Origin: Eubacteriales bacterium
GTDB lineage: Bacteria; Bacillota; Clostridia; Oscillospirales; CAG-272
Assembly: GCA_045659745.1 (NCBI GenBank)
Contig: JAZRCL010000057.1
Location: 138-64,137 of the forward strand
Direction: 5' to 3'
DNA length: 64,000 nt
Shown here: positions 9,644 through 19,460 of the stretch, one piece after another
How the letters are laid out: each line of letters opens with the position of its first letter
Numbering within the stretch: the first letter of the stretch is position 1
Notes under the pieces: generated by a model
What the model was told of the DNA's origin: nothing
The model's database searches: none
What the model saw: the letters and a program-made list of their open reading frames with translations, nothing else
Translations under genes and position numbers: made by a program

Positions 9644-10117
9644 CTATTTGTCGTCTGAAAAAAGACTTTTGTATTCAGTCTGCGTCTCGGGCTGCTTTTT
9701 GGATTTTTTAGTGCTTCCGGAATTTTTTGTGTTTTGTGACTTGGCGTTGACTTTTTTCTCACTCTTGCGATTGATAATAAAGGATTTGATAAGACAAGCT
9801 ATCCCATATAATACGGCGAAAATTGCCGTTGAAATAACCGAGAAGGTAAATCCCTTGTGGTAGGGGAGAATGACGCAGAAGAAAAATCCACCCACGTAGC
9901 ATGCCGCGTGGCATACTGCTGCGGGAATCTTGTTCATTAAGTTGCTTTCCTTTATCGCTGTTCCCGTGGACATTATAAAAGCGAACAAAAGCAGAAACAA
10001 AAATTTTCCCGGGTCAAGTCCCGTGTTATTATCGCCAAATAACTGTGCAAATAACAAAAAGACGCCGCTTATTGCGGTATAGTAAACCGCTCCGAGATTT
10101 ATGATTCTTTTAAGCAT
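9644..10117 (-). CDS. Hypothetical integral membrane protein with Lys-rich C-terminal tail
   Basis: Four predicted hydrophobic helices followed by a KSEKKVNAKSQNTKNSGSTKKSKKQ tail. Tightly coupled to the downstream hydrolase gene. Confidence 0.6.
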   Translation of the reverse strand: MLKRIINLGAVYYTAISGVFLLFAQLFGDNNTGLDPGKFLFLLLFAFIMSTGTAIKESNLMNKIPAAVCHAACYVGGFFFCVILPYHKGFTFSVISTAIFAVLYGIACLIKSFIINRKSEKKVNAKSQNTKNSGSTKKSKKQPETQTEYKSLFSDDK

Positions 10118-10253
10118 AGATATAACCTTTCAGTTTAGTAGGGCAAACACACCCTCATTTTATTTTAACACACAGCGTAAATTTTTTCAATAAGCATTTT
10201 ATATTTTTTGATAAAATAAATGTATAAAAATTCATAAAAATATGCAAAGTTTC

Positions 10254-10282
10254 TTGACAATATAAAGTAAATGATATATAAT
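10254..10282 (+). promoter_or_regulatory. Sigma-A type promoter TTGACA-17-TATAAT for nusB
   Basis: TTGACA 10254-10259, TATAAT 10277-10282. The 5' UTR contains hairpin gttgcc-ggta-ggcaac. Confidence 0.6.
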
Positions 10283-10345
10283 TAAAATAGGTAGGTGTTG
10301 CCGGTAGGCAACAATCGTAAATTTTTAACGTAAGGAGACATAAAA

Positions 10346-10798
10346 ATGCCCGAGATTTCAAGAAAAGAAGCGAGAAGAACACTGTTTGCGCTTTTGTTTG
10401 AGACTGAATTCAAGTCCGAAGAGTTGCCTGAGGTAATATATAATTCGGCGCTTGAGGATAGAAACATTCCCGAGGATGAGTATATAAAGAGCGTATTTTT
10501 CGGCATCTGCGAAAAGAGCGCAGAGCTGGACGCTATAATCAGTAAGTATGCAAAGGGATGGAGAGCTGACAGACTTTCCAAGGTATCAAGAACAGTTATC
10601 CGTCTTTCCGTTTATGAGATACTTTACGCGGATATTCCCGCAAACGTATCCGTCAGCGAGGCGGTTGATATTGCCAAGAAATACGGCGAGGACAAGTCGC
10701 GCGCGTTTGTCAACGGAGTGCTTGCAAGCATTGTAAAAGATGTTGAAGCAAAGGGCAAGGGCGCAGTCGTTATGCTTGCCGAGTCTGACGCAGAATAA
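10346..10798 (+). CDS. nusB: Transcription antitermination factor NusB
   Basis: SRKEARRTLFALLFE..., RLSVYEILY...DIPANVSVSEAVDIAKKYGEDKSRAFVNGVLASI. Confidence 0.9.
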   Translation: MPEISRKEARRTLFALLFETEFKSEELPEVIYNSALEDRNIPEDEYIKSVFFGICEKSAELDAIISKYAKGWRADRLSKVSRTVIRLSVYEILYADIPANVSVSEAVDIAKKYGEDKSRAFVNGVLASIVKDVEAKGKGAVVMLAESDAE

Positions 10799-10799
10799 A

Positions 10800-11777
10800 A
10801 TGAAAAACAAGCTTTTTGTCGGTATAGACACGAGCAACTATACAACCTCACTTGCGCTTTGCACGTATGATGGCGAGGTTGTTGCGAACATAAAAAAATT
10901 ACTCGCCGTTGAGAGCGGCGAGAGGGGACTGCGGCAGAGTGACGCGCTCTTTCTGCACACCAAAAACCTCCCCGAGCTTATGGACAAGCTATCCGACGTT
11001 ATAAAAAACAGTTATTCGCAGAGCAAAATATGCGCTATTGGCTATTCAGCATATCCGCGTGACTGCGAGGGCTCGTATATGCCTTGCTTTTTAGCAGGTC
11101 AGGCGGCGGCGTATTCTTTTGCTGCGCCCATAGGTTGTCCCATATATAAGTTCTCACATCAGGCAGGACATATCTCGGCGGCGCTTTATTCGTCGGGCGC
11201 GGAGGAGCAGATAATTTCGCAGGCAAAGGCTTGCGGGGGCAGATTTGCGGCGTTTCACGTCTCGGGCGGCACGACCGAGCTTTTGCTCGTGACGTTGAAT
11301 GACGGAAAAATGTCCATAGAGCAGATAGGCGGCACGAAGGACATAAACGCCGGGCAGGCTATCGACCGTGCGGGCGTTATGATGGGACTGACATTCCCCT
11401 GCGGCAGAGAAATGGAAACTCTTTGCGGCGATGGCGTGTTGTATAAGAAGCAGATAAAGATCTGCGTTGACGGACTTTTCTGCAATCTTTCGGGACTTGA
11501 AAATCAAGCCGCGGCGATTTACTCCCAAGGGCAGAACAAGGGCGAGGTATGTGAGTTTGTGTTTGACTTTGTAGGCAAAACGCTCCTCAAAATGACAGAC
11601 AATTTGAGGTCGCTATATCCCGACATGCCCGTGCTTTATGCGGGCGGAGTTATGAGCAACTCCAGAATAAAAAACATGCTCTCAAAAAATGAAAATACTT
11701 ATTTTGCGCAACCCGAATTTTCCTCGGACAACGCCGCAGGAATCTCGCTTTTGTGCAGAAAACAGCATATAGGATAA
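10800..11777 (+). CDS. Kae1/TsaD-like (peptidase M22 / glycoprotease family) protein
   Basis: MKNKLFVGIDTSNYTTSLAL..., GLRQSDALFLH, HQAGHISAAL, HVSGGTTELL blocks of the ASKHA/TsaD fold. Start set at ATG 10800, just after the nusB stop, rather than at track start 10740. Confidence 0.7.
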   Translation: MKNKLFVGIDTSNYTTSLALCTYDGEVVANIKKLLAVESGERGLRQSDALFLHTKNLPELMDKLSDVIKNSYSQSKICAIGYSAYPRDCEGSYMPCFLAGQAAAYSFAAPIGCPIYKFSHQAGHISAALYSSGAEEQIISQAKACGGRFAAFHVSGGTTELLLVTLNDGKMSIEQIGGTKDINAGQAIDRAGVMMGLTFPCGREMETLCGDGVLYKKQIKICVDGLFCNLSGLENQAAAIYSQGQNKGEVCEFVFDFVGKTLLKMTDNLRSLYPDMPVLYAGGVMSNSRIKNMLSKNENTYFAQPEFSSDNAAGISLLCRKQHIG

Positions 11778-11797
11778 TACTGCGAAAGGAGACTCAT

Positions 11798-13009
11798 ATG
11801 AGCGGACGTAGCGCATTCAGCGTATCCCAGATAAATGAATATATAAAAATGCTTCTTGAGTCTTCCGACGTAATAAATAACGTTTGGGTAATGGGTGAAA
11901 TATCAAATTTCAAGAGCCATTACGCAACGGGACATCTCTATTTTTCTCTTAAGGACGAGGGAAGCATAATCAAGTGCGTAATGTTCCGAGGTAGCGCGCA
12001 GAAATTGAGATTTGTGCCCGAGGATGGTATGAAGGTGCTGATTCACGGCAAAATTTCAAGCTATGCTCCGCGCGGAGAATATCAGATATATGCCGACGAT
12101 ATGCAGCCTGACGGCATAGGCGCGCTTGCGCGAGCGTTTGAGCAGCTTAAGGTGAGACTCGGCGCAGAGGGACTTTTCGACCAAGCGCACAAAAAGCCAA
12201 TACCGCAGATGCCAAAAAGGGTGGGAGTTATCACGTCCGCCTCGGGTGCGGCGATACACGATATACTCAACGTCTCGGGCAGACGTTGTCCCAGTGCGGA
12301 GATAGTCATATATCCTGCGCAGGTGCAGGGAGATACTGCCGCAAGAAGTCTTTGCGGAGGTATTAAGTATTTTAACGAAAGAAGCCCTGTCGACGTTATA
12401 ATAATCGGTCGTGGTGGCGGTTCTATTGAAGATTTGTGGGCGTTTAACGACGAAAATCTGGCAAGAATTATATACGACTCGAAAATTCCCGTTATCTCGG
12501 CGGTGGGACACGAGACGGATTTTACCATCTGCGATTTCGTAGCGGACCTGCGAGCACCAACTCCAAGCGCGGCGGCGGAGATAGCTTTTCCCGATATGCT
12601 TGGAGTTTTGCAGAAGGTAATACAGCTTCGCGGAATGTGCGACGTGAAAATTTCAAGAAAGCTAACATCTCTCAAAACTCAGACATCGCTTCTTGAAAAG
12701 AAGATAGAGGTAAAATCCCCCGAGCACGTGCTAAATCAGAAAATGATGCACGTGGCAAGACTTAGTGAAAGACTTGAGAGCTTGAGTCAAGGAGTCTTTG
12801 CAAAGTCGAAAAATAAATTCAACGTACTTGTTGCCCGTCTTGACGCGTCAAATCCGTTAGCGCTCATGTCTCGCGGATATGCGGTGGTTCAAAAGGACGG
12901 AGGAGTCGTCACAAGAGCTGAGAAGTTATCCACGGGCGACACTATTACCGTTGCATTTGCGGACGGCGAGGTGTCCGCAAGAGTTGAAAAAACACAAAAA
13001 GGAGAATGA
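11798..13009 (+). CDS. xseA: Exodeoxyribonuclease VII large subunit
   Basis: FSVSQINEYIKMLLE...VWVMGEISNFK...HLYFSLKD (OB fold), followed by the catalytic and coiled-coil regions. ATG 11798 has an AAAGGAG Shine-Dalgarno. Confidence 0.9.
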   Translation: MSGRSAFSVSQINEYIKMLLESSDVINNVWVMGEISNFKSHYATGHLYFSLKDEGSIIKCVMFRGSAQKLRFVPEDGMKVLIHGKISSYAPRGEYQIYADDMQPDGIGALARAFEQLKVRLGAEGLFDQAHKKPIPQMPKRVGVITSASGAAIHDILNVSGRRCPSAEIVIYPAQVQGDTAARSLCGGIKYFNERSPVDVIIIGRGGGSIEDLWAFNDENLARIIYDSKIPVISAVGHETDFTICDFVADLRAPTPSAAAEIAFPDMLGVLQKVIQLRGMCDVKISRKLTSLKTQTSLLEKKIEVKSPEHVLNQKMMHVARLSERLESLSQGVFAKSKNKFNVLVARLDASNPLALMSRGYAVVQKDGGVVTRAEKLSTGDTITVAFADGEVSARVEKTQKGE

Positions 13010-13013
13010 TACA

Positions 13014-13253
13014 ATGGCAGAAAAGAAGAAAACATTTGAAGAAAATCTTTCCCGCCTTGAGCAGATAGTAGCGGAGTTTGAGGATGAAAACCTCACGCTT
13101 GAAAAATCGATAAAGCTTTACGAAGAGGGTGTCAAGCTCGCAGGAAAATGCACGCTTGAGCTTGAAGCGGCAGAGCGCAAGATAAAACTACTTCAGAGAA
13201 ATGGTGACGGAGAGATAGTTGAGACACCTATCTCCGAGGATGACCTCGCTTGA
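13014..13253 (+). CDS. xseB: Exodeoxyribonuclease VII small subunit
   Basis: KKTFEENLSRLEQIVAEFEDENLTLEKSIKLYEEGVKLAGKC. ATG 13014 follows an AAAGGAG Shine-Dalgarno. Confidence 0.9.
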   Translation: MAEKKKTFEENLSRLEQIVAEFEDENLTLEKSIKLYEEGVKLAGKCTLELEAAERKIKLLQRNGDGEIVETPISEDDLA

Positions 13254-13264
13254 TTGGAGATTTT

Positions 13265-14158
13265 ATGAATTACACTTATGCAAAAAACATAATTGAGGAG
13301 AATGCGGCTCTTATCGAGTCGGTTCTTGACTCAAAATACTCCGACGAGAGCGAAATTCTCGGAGGACTTGAGATGGCGCAAAGATACAGTCTTCTTCGGG
13401 GAGGAAAGCGGATACGTCCGTGTATATGTATCGAGACCTGCAAGATGTTCGGCGGAAATATCGAGGCGGCGTTGCCGTTTGCCGTGGCGGTAGAGATGAT
13501 ACATAACTACTCGCTGATACACGACGACCTTCCTTGTATGGACAACGACGATTTCCGTCGCGGCAAGCCCACCACCCACAAGGTGTACGGCGAGGCTATG
13601 GCGATTCTCGCGGGCGATGGACTTCTGACGGACGCGTTTCTTGAATGTGCGATGAATCCTCACGTTTCGGGTGACTGCGCGGCGACGGCAGTGTCCGTTT
13701 TGTCTGCGGCGGCGGGAAGCCGAGGAATGGTACGCGGTCAGGCAATAGATTTGTACGGCGAGCAAAATCATCTCACGATTGAGCAGCTTACAGAGCTTCA
13801 CCTCGGTAAGACGGGTGCATTAATATGCGCGTCAGTTCAGCTTGGATGTCTTGCGGCGGGAATTACCCCAGAAGATACAATAATGGGCGATATGACGGAA
13901 TTTGCCGCTCAGATAGGCCTTGCGTTCCAGATAATAGACGACGTGCTTGACGTGACTTCAAGCACCGAGACGCTTGGAAAGCCGATTGGCTCTGACGCGG
14001 AGCAGAATAAGACCACGTTTATGAGCTTCTTTACGGTCGAGGAGGCGCTCGCATATGCAGAGCAATGTACCTTATCCGCGATAGAGCTGATTGAGAAACA
14101 CAAAAATAGCGACAGACTCATTGAAATTGCAAAATACTTGTGTGCAAGAGATAAATAA
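13265..14158 (+). CDS. ispA: (2E,6E)-farnesyl / geranylgeranyl diphosphate synthase (polyprenyl synthetase family)
   Basis: First Asp-rich motif LIHDDLPCMDNDDFRRGK and second motif QIIDDVLD. Located after xseB as in many Bacillota. Confidence 0.85.
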   Translation: MNYTYAKNIIEENAALIESVLDSKYSDESEILGGLEMAQRYSLLRGGKRIRPCICIETCKMFGGNIEAALPFAVAVEMIHNYSLIHDDLPCMDNDDFRRGKPTTHKVYGEAMAILAGDGLLTDAFLECAMNPHVSGDCAATAVSVLSAAAGSRGMVRGQAIDLYGEQNHLTIEQLTELHLGKTGALICASVQLGCLAAGITPEDTIMGDMTEFAAQIGLAFQIIDDVLDVTSSTETLGKPIGSDAEQNKTTFMSFFTVEEALAYAEQCTLSAIELIEKHKNSDRLIEIAKYLCARDK

Positions 14159-14181
14159 AATAACAGCAGAGGGAAGATAAA

Positions 14182-14649
14182 ATGTTAGACATAATAAAAG
14201 ACTTTTTTACAAACTTTGTGATAATTTCTGCGGCAGTCAGCTGGATAGTCGCGCAAATACTTAAGGGTTGTACGGGAATTTTCAAGAAAAAGAAATTCAC
14301 TATTACGGAGTTCTTGTTTGGAACCGGCGGTATGCCCTCGTCTCACTCGGCAGCGGTCTGCTCTATGGTAAGTGCCACGGCAATATACTATGGCCTCAAC
14401 TCCTTCCAATTTGGCATGGCGGGACTTTTGTCTATGATAGTTATCCGTGATGCGTTGGGAGTAAGACAAGAGGTAGGCAAGCACGCTGTTGTGCTTAATA
14501 AGATACTCAAGGATCTTGAAAGCGACAATCCCGAGGAAGCGTTCAAGGAGTTTGTGGGACACACACCCTTCCAGGTGCTCATGGGCTCGCTTTTGGGTCT
14601 TGTAATACCGATAGGGTTGTACTTTACCGGTTGGTTTAGCTTGACGTAA
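14182..14649 (+). CDS. Divergent PAP2 family membrane protein (DUF212, acid phosphatase/vanadium haloperoxidase-related)
   Basis: GGMPSSHSAAV and IVIRDALGVRQEVGKH motifs. About 155 aa with 4 TM helices. Confidence 0.8.
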   Translation: MLDIIKDFFTNFVIISAAVSWIVAQILKGCTGIFKKKKFTITEFLFGTGGMPSSHSAAVCSMVSATAIYYGLNSFQFGMAGLLSMIVIRDALGVRQEVGKHAVVLNKILKDLESDNPEEAFKEFVGHTPFQVLMGSLLGLVIPIGLYFTGWFSLT

Positions 14650-15434
14650 TGAGAATTGACTTATACCTTTCGCAAAAAGGCTTTTGCGAAAGCAGAAATA
14701 AGGCGTCGCGCTTGATTGACTTGGGACTTGTGACAATCGACGGAAGAGTAGTGCAAAAATCGTCTGAGGATATTGACGAGTGTGCGGAGCATAGCGTTGA
14801 AGTAAAAAAAGACAGTGATTTTGTCGGTAGAGGCGGACTTAAGCTTGAGGCGGCATTGGATCAGTTTTCTATTGACGTTGTGGGTAAGAGATGCATTGAC
14901 GTGGGCGCGTCCACCGGTGGATTTACACAATGTCTTCTTATGCGAGGCGCACAGAGCGTTGTCGCAGTGGACTCTGGTAAGGGACAGCTTCATAAAAGTT
15001 TGCTTGATGACCCGCGTGTAAAATCTGTTGAGGGATATAACGCGCGAAATCTGAATGTTTCCGAGTTTGGTCTGTTCGACTGCGCGGTGATGGACGTGTC
15101 ATTTATATCGCAGACGCTCATAATTCCCGCACTCTCACAACTTATCTGCGATGGCGGAGTGCTTATAAGTCTAGTTAAGCCTCAGTTTGAGGCTGGCAGA
15201 CAGGCTATAGGTAAGAACGGAATAGTAAAAAAAGCTTCCGACAGGGAATACTCCTTGATTCGCGTTTCCCAATGTGCGAGTCAGCTTGGACTTGAGCTTA
15301 TAGATACGATAAAATCTCCCATTACGGGCGGTGACGGAAATATAGAATATCTTGCGTATTTTGTCAAGACGGGCAAATGTAGCGAGATATCTCAAAAAAA
15401 CATAACAAGAATAAATCGGCTTTGCCGGGAATGA
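14649..15434 (+). CDS. tlyA: TlyA-family rRNA (cytidine-2'-O)-methyltransferase
   Basis: S4-like N-terminus (RIDLYLSQKGFCESRNKASRLI) and FtsJ-type SAM motif DVGASTGGFTQ. ATG overlaps the upstream stop (TAATG). Confidence 0.85.
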   Translation: MRIDLYLSQKGFCESRNKASRLIDLGLVTIDGRVVQKSSEDIDECAEHSVEVKKDSDFVGRGGLKLEAALDQFSIDVVGKRCIDVGASTGGFTQCLLMRGAQSVVAVDSGKGQLHKSLLDDPRVKSVEGYNARNLNVSEFGLFDCAVMDVSFISQTLIIPALSQLICDGGVLISLVKPQFEAGRQAIGKNGIVKKASDREYSLIRVSQCASQLGLELIDTIKSPITGGDGNIEYLAYFVKTGKCSEISQKNITRINRLCRE

Positions 15435-15441
15435 GGATATT

Positions 15442-16323
15442 ATGCCTAAGAAAATACAAAAAGCGGCGTTGATAACCAATTTCAACATATATGAAAAGGC
15501 GTGGAAGGCTATTGAGGTAGCGAGAAAGCTTACAAGTCTTGGTTGTGAGGTTATAACGTCCTATTATAATAAGGACAAAATAGAAAAGCTGGACGCAGAG
15601 GTCAAAATAACATACGTATCCAACGATAAAGTGTATCGATCCTGTGAGGTGGTCATAGTGCTTGGAGGCGACGGGACTCTGCTTGAGTCTGCGCGCCGAG
15701 TAGCCCAGCTTGAGATACCTGTAATAGGCATCAATCTCGGACGCCTCGGATATATGGCGGAGCTTGAAACCTCCGAAATAGACAAGCTTGAGAGGGTTGT
15801 AAACGGTGATTACGAAATAGAGGAGAGATCTATGATCTCGGTGGAGATAGTCACAGGCGATGGACGCGTGCGCTCAAGCAACTATGCGCTTAACGACGCG
15901 GTCCTGTCAAACGGCTCTATATCGAGAGTGGTTGACCTTGAGCTTTACGAGGGCGGAGTGCTTATTTCGTCTTACCGCTCTGACGGTATGATAATTGCCA
16001 CACCCACGGGCTCGACGGCGTATTCTATGTCGGCAGGCGGAGCGGTAGTTGATCCCAGACTTTTCTGTCTGTGCGTGACGCCTATATGTCCCCATTCGCT
16101 CTCAGCTCGCCCCCTTATCTTCCCTGATAGTGCGGTATTATCCGTAAAGAACGTCTGCCAGAGGGAGAAGATGCTTTATCTTACGGTTGACGGACGCGCG
16201 AATTTCGAACTTTTCAGAGGAGAGTCTGTAAGAATAACCCGATCGCCATTGACGACACGCTTTATCAGACTCAACAAGAGCGGATTTTATATGAAGCTTC
16301 GTCAAAAAATGAATGAAAAATAA
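15442..16323 (+). CDS. nadK: NAD(+) kinase
   Basis: GGDGTLL, NLGRLGYM, DGMIIATPTGSTAYSMSAGG motifs. Confidence 0.9.
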   Translation: MPKKIQKAALITNFNIYEKAWKAIEVARKLTSLGCEVITSYYNKDKIEKLDAEVKITYVSNDKVYRSCEVVIVLGGDGTLLESARRVAQLEIPVIGINLGRLGYMAELETSEIDKLERVVNGDYEIEERSMISVEIVTGDGRVRSSNYALNDAVLSNGSISRVVDLELYEGGVLISSYRSDGMIIATPTGSTAYSMSAGGAVVDPRLFCLCVTPICPHSLSARPLIFPDSAVLSVKNVCQREKMLYLTVDGRANFELFRGESVRITRSPLTTRFIRLNKSGFYMKLRQKMNEK

Positions 16324-16334
16324 GAGGTTTTACC

Positions 16335-16790
16335 GTGAAAAAGAATAGACATTTGAAAATTTACGAGCTTATCTCAAAGCACGAGATAGAAACTCAGGAT
16401 GAGCTTATCGACTATCTCAGAGCCGAGGGTTATGACGTGACTCAGGCAACGGTGTCAAGAGATATAAGAGAGCTCAATATAGTAAAGGTGACCACCAAGC
16501 GCGGAACATATAAATACACAGCGTCCCACACTCAGCCAAAGTCCAGCACAACGCCCTTTGCCAATGCTCTTGTAGATTCGGTTCAGTCGGTTAATTTTGC
16601 CCAGAACATCATAGTTATAAAGACTATACCCGGAATGTCCAGCGCAGTTGCAGTAGCAATAGACGGTCTTTCCGAGCCCCGTTTGCTTGGTTGCGTGTCG
16701 GGAGACGATACAATAATTGCGGTCGCTACCGACGCAGAGGCAGCATACGATATAGGCAGCAGAATGAAGGACCTGCTTTCCCGCGCGTAA
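16335..16790 (+). CDS. argR: Arginine repressor
   Basis: Winged-helix N-terminus (QDELIDYLRAEGYDVTQATVSRDIREL) and C-terminal GCVSGDDTI oligomerisation/arginine-binding block. GTG start. Confidence 0.9.
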   Translation: MKKNRHLKIYELISKHEIETQDELIDYLRAEGYDVTQATVSRDIRELNIVKVTTKRGTYKYTASHTQPKSSTTPFANALVDSVQSVNFAQNIIVIKTIPGMSSAVAVAIDGLSEPRLLGCVSGDDTIIAVATDAEAAYDIGSRMKDLLSRA

Positions 16791-16909
16791 TATAGAATTA
16801 CATATAACGGACTAATTTTTTCAAAAATTATCCAAAGTATATTGAATTCTGAAAATATATGTGATATAATCATAAAGTTGTGTAATTTTACAGAAAGGCA
16901 GAAAATAAA

Positions 16910-18643
16910 ATGCTTAAAATCAAATCCGCAATAGCAGAGAAAATATACGAGAGCGTATTGCAGATAAATTCCGCGGCGGAAATAAGCGCGGAAGACATTA
17001 TAGGTATGCTTGAATATCCCCCCGACTCCGCAATGGGTGACCTTGCGTTCCCTTGCTTCAAGCTTTCACGAGCACTCCGTCGCTCTCCCGTGCAGATCGC
17101 GGCGCAGCTTTCCGAGTCCTTGACTCTTGACTGTATAAAGAGCGCAGAGGCGGTAAACGGATATCTCAACATCAAAATTTCGGACAAGTATCTTGGAGAG
17201 AAGGTTCTTACCGAAATACTCACAAAGCAAACAAATTACGGCAGACCCGATTTTGGCTGTGGTAAGACGGTAGTTCTTGACTATTCCTCGCCAAACGTAG
17301 CAAAGCCCTTCCATATAGGACATTTAGGCACGACTGTTATAGGTCATTCCCTCAAAAAGCTCCACGAGTTTGCGGGATATAACTGTATCGGTATAAACTA
17401 TCTCGGCGACTGGGGAACTCAGTTCGGTAAGCTCATCGTTGCTTACAGACTCTGGGGCGACAAGCAGCAGATAGAGGAGGGCGGTATTGACAAGCCCGTT
17501 GAGCTTTACGTTCGCATCAACAACACCATAAAGGGTGACGAGGAGAATGGAATCCCCGCTCGTGATGACTTGGCTCAGCAGGCAAGAGACGAGTTCCGCA
17601 AGATGGAGGAGGGCGACCCCGAAAACATCGCTCTTTGGAAGTGGTTTGTGCAGATAAGCCTTGAGGAATACAGCAAGACATACAAGCAGCTCGACATTGA
17701 ATTTGATAGCTACAAGGGCGAGAGCTTCTACACGGACAAGATGCCCGCGCAGGTACAAAAGCTTCGCGATATGGGACTTCTCAAGATTGACGACGGCGCG
17801 TCCATAGTTGACCTTGATGAGTACGGAATGCCCCCGTGTCTTATACTTAAGAGAGATGGCTCGACCCTCTATCCCACCCGTGACATCGCTGCGGCTCATT
17901 ACAGAAAGCAGACATACGACTTTGACAAGTGCATATACGTCACAAGTAATCAGCAGAATCTTCACTTCAAGCAGTGGTTCAAGGTAGTTGAGCTTATGGG
18001 ATACGACTGGTACGACAAGCTCGTGCACGTACCTTACGGCACGGTATCCCTCAACGGAGCAAAGCTTGCAACCCGTACAGGAAACGTAGTTCTTCTCCGC
18101 GACCTTTTCGCGCTTGCAATAGAGAAGGTGACAGCAATCATGGAGGAAAAGAACCCCGACCTCAAGGGCAGAGAGGATATAGCCGAGGCAGTAGGTGTTG
18201 GCGCGATAGTGTTCTACTATCTCTACAACAACAGAATAAAGGATATAAACTTCAACCTTGAGGAAGCCTTGAGCTTTGACGGCAATACGGGACCTTACGT
18301 ACAGTATACCTACGCGCGTGCTTGCTCGGTTCTTGAGAAGGCGGGCGAGGTTGACTGCAATAACTTTGAGATAACTGCTCCCGAGGAGGCTGCGCTCCTT
18401 AAAACACTTTGTCAGTTTGAGGAGAAGGTCAATATCGCGATAAGAGATTATGAGCCTTCCGTTATCACGAGATTTATACTTGACGTTGCGGTTGCGTTCA
18501 ATAAGTTCTATCACGAGTGTAAAATACTCGGAGCAGAGGATAAAGACGTAAGAAATACGAGAATACTCCTCACACATGCCACCGAAATCGTCCTTGGAAG
18601 CGCGTTTTCGCTCGTGTGCATGAAGAAAACGGAAAGAATTTAA
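16910..18643 (+). CDS. argS: Arginine--tRNA ligase
   Basis: 577 aa. PNVAKPFHIGHLG (HIGH motif), class I catalytic core and a DALR anticodon-binding C-terminus. Confidence 0.95.
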   Translation: MLKIKSAIAEKIYESVLQINSAAEISAEDIIGMLEYPPDSAMGDLAFPCFKLSRALRRSPVQIAAQLSESLTLDCIKSAEAVNGYLNIKISDKYLGEKVLTEILTKQTNYGRPDFGCGKTVVLDYSSPNVAKPFHIGHLGTTVIGHSLKKLHEFAGYNCIGINYLGDWGTQFGKLIVAYRLWGDKQQIEEGGIDKPVELYVRINNTIKGDEENGIPARDDLAQQARDEFRKMEEGDPENIALWKWFVQISLEEYSKTYKQLDIEFDSYKGESFYTDKMPAQVQKLRDMGLLKIDDGASIVDLDEYGMPPCLILKRDGSTLYPTRDIAAAHYRKQTYDFDKCIYVTSNQQNLHFKQWFKVVELMGYDWYDKLVHVPYGTVSLNGAKLATRTGNVVLLRDLFALAIEKVTAIMEEKNPDLKGREDIAEAVGVGAIVFYYLYNNRIKDINFNLEEALSFDGNTGPYVQYTYARACSVLEKAGEVDCNNFEITAPEEAALLKTLCQFEEKVNIAIRDYEPSVITRFILDVAVAFNKFYHECKILGAEDKDVRNTRILLTHATEIVLGSAFSLVCMKKTERI

Positions 18644-18667
18644 TTTGAGTTAGAGAGGATTTTAGAT

Positions 18668-19399
18668 ATGTCAGGACATAGCAAATGGGCCAACATTAAG
18701 CACAAAAAGGAAAAGACCGACGCGCAGAGAGCGAAGGTGTTTACAAAGATAGGTAAGGAAATTACTATTGCCGTAAAAGAGGGAGGCGGAGACCCCAACT
18801 CCAACGCAAAGCTCCGTGACCTTATTCAGAAGGCAAAGTCCAACAACGTGCCTAACGACAACATCGAGAGAACCATCAAAAAGGCTCTTGGCGGCACGGG
18901 TGAAAACTACGAGGAGGTAGTTTACGAGGGCTACGGTCCTGCGGGAGTTGCCGTTATAGTTGAAGCTACCACGGACAACAGAAACAGAACAGCGGGCAAC
19001 GTACGTTCTTATTTTTCCAAGTATCACGGAAACATGGGACAGTCGGGCTGCGTAAGCTTTATGTTTGAGGAGAAGGGCGTTATCGTTATCGCAGACGAGG
19101 ACGGCGAAATAGACGAGGACAAGCTTATGGAGACTGCTCTTGAGTCGGGCGCATCTGATTTCTCGGGCGAGGACGGAATCTACGAGATATACACCGAGCC
19201 TGACGACGTTTACGCCGTTGCGGAAGCTCTCAAGGATGCGGGATATACATTTGAATCCGCAGAAAAGACCAAGGTTCCTACAACAAGCGTCACTCTTGAT
19301 AACGAGGATGATATTAAGTTTATGAATCTTCTTATTGAGAAATTGGAAGAGGACGACGATGTTATGGAAGTGTATCATAACTGGGAGAACTGCGATTAA
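18668..19399 (+). CDS. yebC: YebC/PmpR family DNA-binding transcriptional regulator
   Basis: MSGHSKWANIKHKKEKTDAQRAKVFTK... canonical family N-terminus. Confidence 0.9.
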   Translation: MSGHSKWANIKHKKEKTDAQRAKVFTKIGKEITIAVKEGGGDPNSNAKLRDLIQKAKSNNVPNDNIERTIKKALGGTGENYEEVVYEGYGPAGVAVIVEATTDNRNRTAGNVRSYFSKYHGNMGQSGCVSFMFEEKGVIVIADEDGEIDEDKLMETALESGASDFSGEDGIYEIYTEPDDVYAVAEALKDAGYTFESAEKTKVPTTSVTLDNEDDIKFMNLLIEKLEEDDDVMEVYHNWENCD

Positions 19400-19460
19400 A
19401 ATACTATAAACGGGTCGTCATATTGACGACCCGTAAAATAACACTGAAAGGAGGCACAAA

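Noticed and set aside
10740-10799. Longer N-terminal extensions offered by the ORF track for several genes (10740, 11753, 12879, 13250, 20933, 22712, 27216, 30116, 41109, 46184, 52652; and 1139 and 36734 on the minus strand)
   Set aside because: In each case an internal ATG or GTG preceded by a good Shine-Dalgarno coincides with the conserved family N-terminus, and the extension would overlap the upstream gene or a terminator.
16791-16909. T-box leader or ARG box upstream of argS, directly downstream of argR
   Set aside because: The intergenic region is only 119 nt, which is too short for a T-box, and no specifier/antiterminator arrangement is present. The TGAATTC-containing stretch near the promoter matches only one half of the TNTGAATWWWWATTCANW ARG-box consensus.
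17324-18577. 417-aa minus-strand ORF
   Set aside because: It is antisense to argS, whose identity is unambiguous (HIGH motif, full length). It has no motifs of its own.
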